Source of the DNA: an uncultured Actinomycetota bacterium
Lineage (GTDB): Bacteria; Actinomycetota; Actinomycetes; Propionibacteriales; Nocardioidaceae
Direction: 5' to 3'
Assembly: GCA_963843775.1 (NCBI GenBank)
Contig: CAWJLT010000012.1
Coordinates: 954,223-1,018,222, forward strand
Length of the DNA stretch: 64,000 nucleotides
Below are positions 16,626-24,335 of this stretch, one piece after another. Each line of letters starts with the position of its first letter. Position 1 is the first letter of the stretch. The translations under genes and the position numbers were made by a program. The notes under the pieces were generated by a model, which saw only the letters and a program-made list of their open reading frames with translations, did not search any database and was not told the DNA's origin.

Positions 16626-17668
16626 TCGATCTGCTGACCAGGGCGGCGAGCTCCCGCGCTCACGTCCTCGTCGCAGAGGCGCCGGGTGCGTTCCGGGAGC
16701 GGGTGGCCGTGGAGCGTGCCCTCGACCAGATGGGTTGGTGCGTCGCCGAGTCGGTGGCGGACGCGGACGTGCTCGTGGTCGTGGGTGAGCCCGGTGAGAC
16801 TCTCGCGGCCGTGGCCGAGCACGTGTGGGCGCAGATGTCGGAGCCACGTGCGCGGCTCCACGTGCGCGCCGAGATCGAGGTGGAGGTGCTTCTCCACCAG
16901 GCTCGCGAGCAGCTCCGTGAGGGTGTGCGGCGCCTCACCGGGCCGGAGGTACGACGCGGCTTCACCCCCTCCGCCGAGGCCATGACGCACGACGAGGGCG
17001 ACCACGACGGAGCCGGCGGGCACGACCACTCCGCGATGATGCCCGACGGGATCCCACTGGCCGAGGGGGCCGAGGACCGCGACGGACTGGAGATGGACCA
17101 GCTCCATCTGCCGCTGGGGCCGGTGCTCGCACACTGGCCCGCCGGGCTCGTCCTCCAGGTCACCCTGAACGGGGACGTCGTCGTCGAGGCCGAGGTCCAA
17201 CAGCTCGCGACCACAGGAGCCGCCTCGAGTCCCGACGACGCGAACGTGCGAGCAGCGCGCCTGCTGGACGCGGCCGGCTCGGTGCTGGTCCTTGCCGGGC
17301 TGCCCGCCGATTCGGCGCGAGCGCGACGCCTGCGGGATCGGTGTCTCGACGGTGAGGCGGTGGGCGGCCGCGAGGTGGCCGGGCTCGGCGACCGCGTCGG
17401 TCGGCGGCGGGTGCTGCGGTGGGTTCTGCACGGACTCTCGGCCGCGGGCAGTCACAGCCGGTCCGAGGAGCTGCACGACCGACTCACGGGTCTGTTCGAG
17501 CGCGCGCGGGCCGAGCTCGACGGGGAGGCGCCGCCACACGTCATGCAGGGTGCCGAGGCGCTTCCCACGCTCGTCCGGGGGATGGAGCTGTCCGCGGTCA
17601 GGCTGTGGGTGGCGGCACTGAAGCCGGACCTGGCCGAGCATGAACGGTCGGAGGCCTCGGGTGGTTGA
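16616..17668 (+). CDS. Degenerate fused NuoB-like / NuoD-like protein lacking Fe-S cluster ligands, with a His/Asp/Met-rich linker
   Basis: It is 350 aa from the GTG at 16616, in the same frame as track ORF 16277..17668, whose first part overlaps nuoA.
- aa ~45-85 (ADADVLVVVGEPGETLAAVAEHVWAQMSEPRARLHV) resembles the NuoB segment PRQaDvmiVaGt.t.KMap.l..vydQMpEPrwViSmG.
- aa ~160-195 (LHLPLGPVLAHWPAGLVLQVTLNGDVVVEAEV) resembles the NuoD N-terminus LNfGPQHPaaHGvLRLvleLdGE.V..a.
- The whole protein has only 2 Cys. Confidence 0.6.
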   Translation: MGLIDLLTRAASSRAHVLVAEAPGAFRERVAVERALDQMGWCVAESVADADVLVVVGEPGETLAAVAEHVWAQMSEPRARLHVRAEIEVEVLLHQAREQLREGVRRLTGPEVRRGFTPSAEAMTHDEGDHDGAGGHDHSAMMPDGIPLAEGAEDRDGLEMDQLHLPLGPVLAHWPAGLVLQVTLNGDVVVEAEVQQLATTGAASSPDDANVRAARLLDAAGSVLVLAGLPADSARARRLRDRCLDGEAVGGREVAGLGDRVGRRRVLRWVLHGLSAAGSHSRSEELHDRLTGLFERARAELDGEAPPHVMQGAEALPTLVRGMELSAVRLWVAALKPDLAEHERSEASGG

Positions 17669-18590
17669 CTCGTTGTCCCTCGTCTACGCGGTGCCGGTGA
17701 TGGTGAGCCTCGCGGCCGCCTCGCTGACGGTGGCCGCGGTGTCCGCGTCCCTCGAGGCCCGCGACCGCGGCCTGCCCGTCCGATCGGGACTGACGGTCCC
17801 GTTCCGTGAGGCGGCACGGCTGCTGCGCCAGCGCCCGCGCCGCACGGTCTCGGCCGACCGGCTGCTGTGGCGGTCGGCCTCGTCCGCCGTGGTCCCGCTG
17901 GCGATCCTGATCGTGGCGTTCGTGCCGCTGGGTGCCCATGCCTTGGTGGACCACCCCCTCGGACTCGTCTGGGTCAATGCGCTCGACGTGGTGGCGTGGG
18001 CGGTGATGTGGCTGCTCGGCTGGGGGGCGAACTCCGTGGTGGGGCTGGTGGGCGGCTACCGGTTCCTCGCGCTCGCCCTGGCCTACGAGCTCCCGCTGAT
18101 GTTCGCGCTCACCGCGCCGGCGATCGCGGCGGGCAGCCTCGACCTGGCCGAGATCTCTGCCGCCCAGGGCGGGGTGTGGTTCGTGGTGTGGGCGCCGGTG
18201 GCCTTCGCGGCGTACTGCTGGGGCGTGCTGGGCTTCTCGGTCCGGCCACCGATGGACCCGGGTGCCGGGGCGGACCTCAACGGCGGGATCCTGGCGGAGC
18301 TCGCGGGGGTGGACCGGCTGTTGGTGCTGGCCGGGCGCTACGCCCTGCTGGTCGCCGGATCGGCGGCCTCCGTTCCGCTGTTCCTGGGCGGTGGCGCAGG
18401 GCCGTTGCTCGCCGGCTGGGCGTGGGTGCTGGTCAAGACGATCGTGGTGAGCCTCCTGCTCGTGCTGGCTGGTCGCCGGCTTCCGAGCCTGCGGCCCGAC
18501 AAGCTCCTCGAGCTCGGGTGGGTCGTCGTGCTGCCACTGGTCGTCGCCCAGGACCTGGTCGTCGCTGTCATCGCTGTTGCCCTCGACTGA
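17640..18590 (+). CDS. nuoH: NuoH-like (ND1-type) membrane subunit, divergent
   Basis: 316 aa with GGYRFLALALAYELP and a NuoH-like N-terminal loop. The start could instead be the GTG at 17661. It overlaps the previous gene. Confidence 0.8.
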   Translation: MNGRRPRVVDSLSLVYAVPVMVSLAAASLTVAAVSASLEARDRGLPVRSGLTVPFREAARLLRQRPRRTVSADRLLWRSASSAVVPLAILIVAFVPLGAHALVDHPLGLVWVNALDVVAWAVMWLLGWGANSVVGLVGGYRFLALALAYELPLMFALTAPAIAAGSLDLAEISAAQGGVWFVVWAPVAFAAYCWGVLGFSVRPPMDPGAGADLNGGILAELAGVDRLLVLAGRYALLVAGSAASVPLFLGGGAGPLLAGWAWVLVKTIVVSLLLVLAGRRLPSLRPDKLLELGWVVVLPLVVAQDLVVAVIAVALD

Positions 18591-18618
18591 AGCTGATCTG
18601 CGCACGAAAGGAGATCCG

Positions 18619-19191
18619 ATGGACATGTCCGTGGTCGACGCCGGGTTCTGGGTCTGTGCCCTCGTGTCCGTGGTGGCGGGCGGCCTGGTGTTCTACGTCG
18701 ACTCGATGGCACGCGCGACCTATGCTCTGGCGGCGTCCTTCGTAGCCGTCGGAGCGGCGCTGTTGTTGCTGGGACAGGCGTACATGGGCGTCATCGTGAT
18801 CTTGATGATGGTCATGGAGATGGCGGTGATGGCCGTCTACATGGTCATGTTCATGGGGATGAACCCGGCGCTGATGCCGATGAGCATGGTCCACTCGCAC
18901 CGCTCCTCGATCGCGGCGGCGCTCGGCACCTTCGTGCTCCTCGCCGCCGGTGCGGTGCTCGTTCCGTGGCCGACCCGCCGAGGAGCCCCCGCCGGTGACG
19001 TCACGGCTGCTCTGGGGGAGGCGATCATGGAGTCGCACATGATCGTGATGATCTCGATGGGACCGGTGATGGTCGCCACGATCGTGGCCGGCGTGGTCCT
19101 CTCCTCGCACCGCACCCGCTACGACCGACTCGGTGACGATCTCGACCGAGACCCGGCCGAGGACCCGCAACCCGGGGGAGTGGGCCGATGA
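18619..19191 (+). CDS. nuoJ: NuoJ-like (ND6-type) membrane subunit, unusually Met-rich
   Basis: The ATG at 18619 follows GAAAGGAGA. The position between H and K and the helix pattern fit NuoJ. One 42-residue stretch contains 13 Met. Confidence 0.7.
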   Translation: MDMSVVDAGFWVCALVSVVAGGLVFYVDSMARATYALAASFVAVGAALLLLGQAYMGVIVILMMVMEMAVMAVYMVMFMGMNPALMPMSMVHSHRSSIAAALGTFVLLAAGAVLVPWPTRRGAPAGDVTAALGEAIMESHMIVMISMGPVMVATIVAGVVLSSHRTRYDRLGDDLDRDPAEDPQPGGVGR

Positions 19192-19490
19192 CGCTGGAGA
19201 CGGTGCTGCTCGTGGCGGCTGCACTGATCGCGGTGGGGGTCTACGGCACCCTGTCGCAGCAGGTGGTCGTGATGGTGATGATGGGCCTGGAGCTGATGAT
19301 CAACGGCATCATCCTGGCCGCGGGCGGGCTGTGGTGGTTCCTCGCCCCCGACCCGTCCGGGCAGGTGCTGCTGCTGGTGGTCATCGCGGCGATGACCGTG
19401 GAGATGGCGATGGGGTTCGCCGTCGCCACGCTCGTCCACCGCCAGGCCGGACACGACATGACCGACATGGCAGCGGAGCTGCACGGCTGA
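19188..19490 (+). CDS. nuoK: NuoK-like (ND4L-type) membrane subunit
   Basis: 100 aa. GLELMINGIIL and AAMTVEMAMGFAV match the two conserved NuoK glutamate helices. It has an ATGA overlap with nuoJ. Confidence 0.85.
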   Translation: MTLETVLLVAAALIAVGVYGTLSQQVVVMVMMGLELMINGIILAAGGLWWFLAPDPSGQVLLLVVIAAMTVEMAMGFAVATLVHRQAGHDMTDMAAELHG

Positions 19491-21364
19491 TGCTCGATCT
19501 CACTCTCGTTGCGCTCGTGGTCGTGCCTGCCGTCCTCGGTGCACTGCTGCTGATGGTCGGAGCCTCGGCCGACCGGATCGCCGCTCCGGTCGGAGTCGGG
19601 TCGGCCACCCTCCTGGCGGTCGCCGCTCTCGCGGTCTCCTTCCCCGCGGCGTCGCGGCCCTCGGTGGCCACGCCTTTCATGGCGGGGTCTGAGCTGGGTC
19701 TGCGTGTCGACGGGCTGGCCGCGCTGGTGCTGCCGACTGTCGCCGTCGTGTCGGCACTGGTGCTGCTGGCGGCGACCGGCACTCCGGAGCTCCGCACGCC
19801 GCGGTTCCACGGCCTGATGCTCCTCTTCGTGGCAGCTGCCCTGATGACGGTGCTGGCCACCACCCTGCCCACGCTGTTGCTGTCGTGGGAGGTGATGGGG
19901 GCGACGTCGTACGCGCTGATCGCCTACCACTGGCGTGACCAGGAGGCGGTCAGCTCGGGCACGACGGCGTTCCTGACGACCCGGACCGCTGACGTCGGTC
20001 TCTACGTGGCGGCCGGCGCCGCGTTGGCGGGGGGAGCGGGACTGGGCCTGTCATCTCTTCCCGGGGCCTCCGAGGGGTGGCGCGACGTCGTGGCCGCGGG
20101 GTTGCTGGTGGCGGGGCTCGGGAAGGCGGCCCAGCTGCCGTTCTCGTTCTGGCTGTCGCGGGCCATGCACGGCCCCAGCCCGGTGAGCGCCCTCCTGCAC
20201 TCGGCGGCGATGGTCGCCATGGGCGGCTACCTGCTGCTGCGGGTCTCCCCGACCCTGGCGGCGACGGGGTGGGCCGACACCGCGGCGGCGTGGGCCGGTG
20301 CCACCACCGCCGTCCTGCTCGGTCTGGTCGCGCTGGCCCAGAGCGACCTCAAGCAGCTCCTCGCTGCCTCCACCGCGGCCCAGCTCGGTTTCGTGGTCCT
20401 CGCGGCCGGGGTCGGGGCCACCGCAGGCGGCGCCACCCACCTGGTCGCCCACGCGGCGGTCAAGGCCGGTCTGTTCCTCGCCGCCGGCATCTGGCTGGAG
20501 GCGCTCGGCACCAGACGTCTCGCCTCGCTCACCGGGGCAGCCCGCCTCTGGCCCGTGGTCGGGGCCTGCGCCACTGCGGGCCTGCTCTCCCTGGCAGGAC
20601 TCCCACCGCTGGCCCTGTGGGCGACCAAGGACGCCGTGCTCGCCGCCGCGGCCGAGCAGTCAGCGGCGCTCTACGTGACCGGGCTGCTGGGGGCAGCGCT
20701 GTCGGCCGCGTACGCCACCAAGGCGCTGGTCGTGCTGACGCGGCGCCCTTCCGAGGACGCGGAGTCGGGTTGGGACGAGGAGCGTGACGGCACCCGGACG
20801 GTGCCGAGGACCTCATGGATCCCGGTCCTCCCGCTGGCGCTGGGAGCGGTCGTCCTCGGTCTGCTCGCGCTGCCGCCGCTCTTCGAGCGGGTGCACGAGA
20901 TGGTCGGCGGCACCGCCGCCCCCGAGCCCGGTTTCGCCGGGCTGCTGACCTCGGCCCTGATCGCGACTTCCGTGGTCACCCTGACGGTGCTGTCGATCCG
21001 GACCGCTCACAGCCGGCGGCTCACCTGGCCCCGAGGGCTCACGAGCTGGCTGTTCCTCGAGACCTGGGCGCACCGGATCGTCGTCGGGCCCGTGGAACGG
21101 CTGGCCCAGCGATTGGCCCACGTCGACGACGCCGTGCTGGACCGCGGCGTCGAGGCGACCGCGCGTGGGACGGTGCGGCTGACGCGTATCGCAGCACTCA
21201 TCGACGACCGCGCCATCGACGGTGGTGTCGCTGCGGTCGTGTCCGCGGTTCGAAGGCTCGGAGGCCTGGCCCGTAGACCGCAGACCGGGCAGCTCCATCA
21301 GTACTACCTCCAAGCGTTGGCCGTGCTGGCTCTCGTCCTCGTCGTCCTTGTCCTCGTGAGGTGA
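19490..21364 (+). CDS. nuoL: NuoL-like (ND5-type) antiporter-like subunit with C-terminal lateral helix
   Basis: The start MLDLTLVALVVVPAVLG overlaps the nuoK stop (TGATG). It has a typical WEVMGATSY core. The C-terminus DDRAIDGGVAAVV...RPQTGQLHQYYLQALAVLAL is the long amphipathic helix plus the last TM. Confidence 0.9.
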   Translation: MLDLTLVALVVVPAVLGALLLMVGASADRIAAPVGVGSATLLAVAALAVSFPAASRPSVATPFMAGSELGLRVDGLAALVLPTVAVVSALVLLAATGTPELRTPRFHGLMLLFVAAALMTVLATTLPTLLLSWEVMGATSYALIAYHWRDQEAVSSGTTAFLTTRTADVGLYVAAGAALAGGAGLGLSSLPGASEGWRDVVAAGLLVAGLGKAAQLPFSFWLSRAMHGPSPVSALLHSAAMVAMGGYLLLRVSPTLAATGWADTAAAWAGATTAVLLGLVALAQSDLKQLLAASTAAQLGFVVLAAGVGATAGGATHLVAHAAVKAGLFLAAGIWLEALGTRRLASLTGAARLWPVVGACATAGLLSLAGLPPLALWATKDAVLAAAAEQSAALYVTGLLGAALSAAYATKALVVLTRRPSEDAESGWDEERDGTRTVPRTSWIPVLPLALGAVVLGLLALPPLFERVHEMVGGTAAPEPGFAGLLTSALIATSVVTLTVLSIRTAHSRRLTWPRGLTSWLFLETWAHRIVVGPVERLAQRLAHVDDAVLDRGVEATARGTVRLTRIAALIDDRAIDGGVAAVVSAVRRLGGLARRPQTGQLHQYYLQALAVLALVLVVLVLVR

Positions 21365-22854
21365 ACGTGCTCTCCGTCCTTGTCTTCCTTCCACTCCTGG
21401 CGGCCGCCGGGCTGCTGGTCCCGCGCATCGGCGACCGGTGGGCGCGGGGCGTCTTCGTCGCGATGACGGCGGTCGAGGTCCTCCTCGCGGGCGTGACTTG
21501 GGCGAGGTACGAGACCCCGGCCGAAGGTGCCTTGTCGCTGGAGGAGCGGGCCCGGTGGATACCGGGCGTGGGAGCGAGCTACCACGTCGGCGTCGACGGT
21601 CTCTCCCTACCTCTGGTGATGATGACCACGCTCGTCTTCCTGGCGTGCGCAGTCTTCGCGGTCCGCGAGCAGCGACGTCCCCGGTTGCAGGCGGCGTTGT
21701 TCCTGTTCCTCGAGACGACGTGCCTGGGGCTGTTCGTCTCCGCCGACCTGATCCTGTTCTTCGTCTTCTTCGACCTCTCCATCGTGGCGATGTACTTCTC
21801 CATCAGCGGCTGGGGCCACGGCAACGCCGCCCGGTCGGCGCTGAAGTTCTTCCTCTACACCTTCCTCGGGTCGTTGGCACTGCTGCTGGGCTTCGTGGGC
21901 CTCTACGTCGCCTCCGACCCGCACACCTTCGACATGGTCGAGCTCGCCGGGCACCCGCCTCTGCAGGGGCACGGTCTTGCGGGTGGTCTGGTGCTGGCGG
22001 CGCTGCTGCTGGGCCTGGCCGTGAAGACCCCGACCTTTCCGTTCCACACCTGGCTCCCCCCGGCGCACAGTGACGCCCCGGCCATCGGTTCCGCAGTCCT
22101 GGCGGGCGTGCTGCTGAAGATGGGCACCTACGGCTTCGTCCGGGTCGCGATGCCGATGCTGCCCGACGCCTGGCGAGCCTGGGCGTGGGTCGTGATAGCG
22201 GTCGGGATCGTGTCGGTGCTCTGGGGAGCGCTGGTGGCCTTCGCGCAGACCGACCTGAAACGGATGATCGCCTACACCTCGGTCAACCACATGGGCTACG
22301 TCGCACTCGCCGTCGGTGCCGCCGGGGTGCTGGCGGACGGTGCGGACGAGGCACGCCAGGTAGCGGTCACCGGGGCGGTCACCCAGATGGTCAGTCATGG
22401 GCTGCTCACCGCTGGCCTCTTCCTGCTGGCCGGAAGCATGTTCGAACGGACCGGGAGCTATGACCTCGACGGGTACGGAGGGCTCGCCTCGACGGCCCCG
22501 CGCTACGCCACGTTGTTCACCGTGGCCGCGTTCGGTTCGCTGGGCCTCCCGGCGTTGTCCGGGTTCATCGCCGAGTTCCAGATCTTTGCCGGAAGCATCG
22601 CCACGGCTCCCGTCACGGCCGTGGCTGTGCTCGGGATACTCATCACGGCTGCACTGTTCCTGCGTGCGCTGCAGAAGGTGTTCACCGGTGCGACCGCTGG
22701 CCTCTCGGTGGGTTTCACTGACGTCACTGCCCGAGAGTGGGTGCCGGTCGCGCTGCTGCTCGCGGTGTCGGTGTTCATCGGGGTGCTGCCGCGCACGCTG
22801 CTGGACGTGATCGAGCCGGCCGCCGCGATGCTCACCCACCTCGTGGGGCGGTGA
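21361..22854 (+). CDS. nuoM: NuoM-like (ND4-type) antiporter-like subunit
   Basis: 497 aa with FPFHTWLPPAHSDAPAIGSAVLAGVLLKMGTYGF, typical of NuoM. It overlaps the nuoL stop. Confidence 0.9.
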   Translation: MNVLSVLVFLPLLAAAGLLVPRIGDRWARGVFVAMTAVEVLLAGVTWARYETPAEGALSLEERARWIPGVGASYHVGVDGLSLPLVMMTTLVFLACAVFAVREQRRPRLQAALFLFLETTCLGLFVSADLILFFVFFDLSIVAMYFSISGWGHGNAARSALKFFLYTFLGSLALLLGFVGLYVASDPHTFDMVELAGHPPLQGHGLAGGLVLAALLLGLAVKTPTFPFHTWLPPAHSDAPAIGSAVLAGVLLKMGTYGFVRVAMPMLPDAWRAWAWVVIAVGIVSVLWGALVAFAQTDLKRMIAYTSVNHMGYVALAVGAAGVLADGADEARQVAVTGAVTQMVSHGLLTAGLFLLAGSMFERTGSYDLDGYGGLASTAPRYATLFTVAAFGSLGLPALSGFIAEFQIFAGSIATAPVTAVAVLGILITAALFLRALQKVFTGATAGLSVGFTDVTAREWVPVALLLAVSVFIGVLPRTLLDVIEPAAAMLTHLVGR

Positions 22855-22863
22855 TCGGACGCG

Positions 22864-24258
22864 ATGGGTGCTGACCTCGTCTCGCTCCTGCCGGAGGCTC
22901 TGCTCTTCCTGGGCGGGATGGTCACGCTGGTCGGCGGTTCGTTCACGCCACGGACCCGTCAGTGGCGGCTTCGACCGGTCGCCGGGGCAGCCACCGCGGC
23001 CAGCCTGGTCGCGGCCCTGGTGGCCTGGGCCGGCAACGACCGCACGCTCTTCTCCGGGACGTTCACCGTCGATGCCTCGACCGGGGCGGCCCGGGTCACG
23101 GTGACGTTCTCACTTCTGCTGATCCTGCTCATCGCCTCGGGAGAGGTCCGTGACAACCCCCGGGAGAGCGAGACCTACAGCCTGCTCCTCTTCGGTGCGA
23201 CCGGAGCACTCCTGCTGGCGGGCAGCAGCGATCTGGCCCTCCTGGTCGTGGCGTTCCTGCTCTCGAGCATCCCGCTCTACGGGCTCGTCGGGATCATCGC
23301 CCGGCCGTACTCGCCCGAGGCGGCCCTGAAGACCTACCTGTTCGGTGCGCTGTTCGGCATCGTGCTGATGCTCGGGGCGGTCCTGCTCTACTCGCTCGCC
23401 GGTGGTGCTGGTTACTCGGTGCTCGCAGCCGAGCTCCCCGGGACCCCGACCGCGGCCGTGGGCGCCGGGGGTGTCCTGGTGTTGATGGGCCTGCTCTTCA
23501 AGGCCGGCGGTGTGCCGGGCCACTTCTGGGTGCCGGATGCCACCGAGGGCGCGTCCGTGACCGCTGCGGCCTTCCTCACCACGGTCCCGAAGATCGGGGC
23601 CCTGGTCGCGATCATCAGACTGGTCGACGTGCTGCCAGGGGACCTGCGCTGGGCCACTGTGCTCGGGGTCCTCGCGGTGGTCAGCATGACCATCGGCAAC
23701 CTCGCAGCGCTCGCGCAGAGCGACGTACGCCGACTCCTCGGCTGGTCCACGGTCAGCCAGGTGGGCTATCTGCTCGCCGCGGCGGCTGTGAGCCGGCTCA
23801 GCAACCTGGGCGAACCGGCCCTGCTCTTCTTCCTCGCTGGCTACGCGCTCACGAACCTGGCCGCCTTCGCTGTCGTCGCCGCGGAACCCGAACGCCGCTC
23901 GCTCGAGCAGTGGGCGGGATTTGCCGCGTCGAGGCCAGGCCTGGCAGCGGCCCTCGTCGTGGCCCTGCTGGGGCTCGTCGGGACACCACCGACCGCGGTC
24001 TTCGTCGGCAAGCTCACCACGATGGGCGCGACCTGGGACGCAGGCCTGCCCTGGCTCGCAGTCGCGCTGGCCCTCAACACGGTGGTCAGCCTCTTCTACT
24101 ACCTGCGCTGGATCCGGGCGACTCTTCGTCCGGCCGCTCACTTGGTCGTGGAGACCGGGAGCGGTGAGGACGGCGCCCGTGCGGCCGCCTTCGTGGCAGC
24201 CGCAGCCACCCTCGTGATGGGGCTGGCCGCTGGGCCGATCTGGCTCCTCCTCGACTGA
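22864..24258 (+). CDS. nuoN: NuoN-like (ND2-type) antiporter-like subunit
   Basis: 464 aa with LFKAGGVPGHFWVPDATEGASVTAAAFL, typical of NuoN. Confidence 0.9.
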   Translation: MGADLVSLLPEALLFLGGMVTLVGGSFTPRTRQWRLRPVAGAATAASLVAALVAWAGNDRTLFSGTFTVDASTGAARVTVTFSLLLILLIASGEVRDNPRESETYSLLLFGATGALLLAGSSDLALLVVAFLLSSIPLYGLVGIIARPYSPEAALKTYLFGALFGIVLMLGAVLLYSLAGGAGYSVLAAELPGTPTAAVGAGGVLVLMGLLFKAGGVPGHFWVPDATEGASVTAAAFLTTVPKIGALVAIIRLVDVLPGDLRWATVLGVLAVVSMTIGNLAALAQSDVRRLLGWSTVSQVGYLLAAAAVSRLSNLGEPALLFFLAGYALTNLAAFAVVAAEPERRSLEQWAGFAASRPGLAAALVVALLGLVGTPPTAVFVGKLTTMGATWDAGLPWLAVALALNTVVSLFYYLRWIRATLRPAAHLVVETGSGEDGARAAAFVAAAATLVMGLAAGPIWLLLD

Positions 24259-24292
24259 TGACGGCCCAGGACCTGGCTGTCTCCGACGACGC

Positions 24293-24335
24293 CCGAAGGT
24301 CGGGTCCGGAAGGTCGGGGCCGGAAGGTCAGGGCC
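24293..24335. repeat. Three tandem 13-14-bp units CCG(G)AAGGTC(G/A)GGN in the convergent nuoN / multicopper-oxidase spacer
   Basis: The units are ccgaaggtcgggt / ccggaaggtcgggg / ccggaaggtcaggg. The last copy contains the oxidase stop codon. Confidence 0.6.

Noticed and set aside
16037-17641. 534-aa minus-strand ORF, and similar minus-strand ORFs 17598..18626, 19241..19930, 21607..22839 and 23110..24141
   Set aside because: All are antisense to recognisable Nuo-family genes. Their translations are Arg/Pro/Gly/His-rich low-complexity sequence without family resemblance.
16284-24258. Reading the nuo-like genes as the organism's ordinary respiratory NADH dehydrogenase (complex I) operon
   Set aside because: nuoC, E, F, G and I are absent. 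The gene in the nuoB-D position is a short fusion without Fe-S ligands. The operon is bounded by an ArsR gene and a convergent oxidase, so the missing genes cannot be adjacent parts of the same transcription unit.
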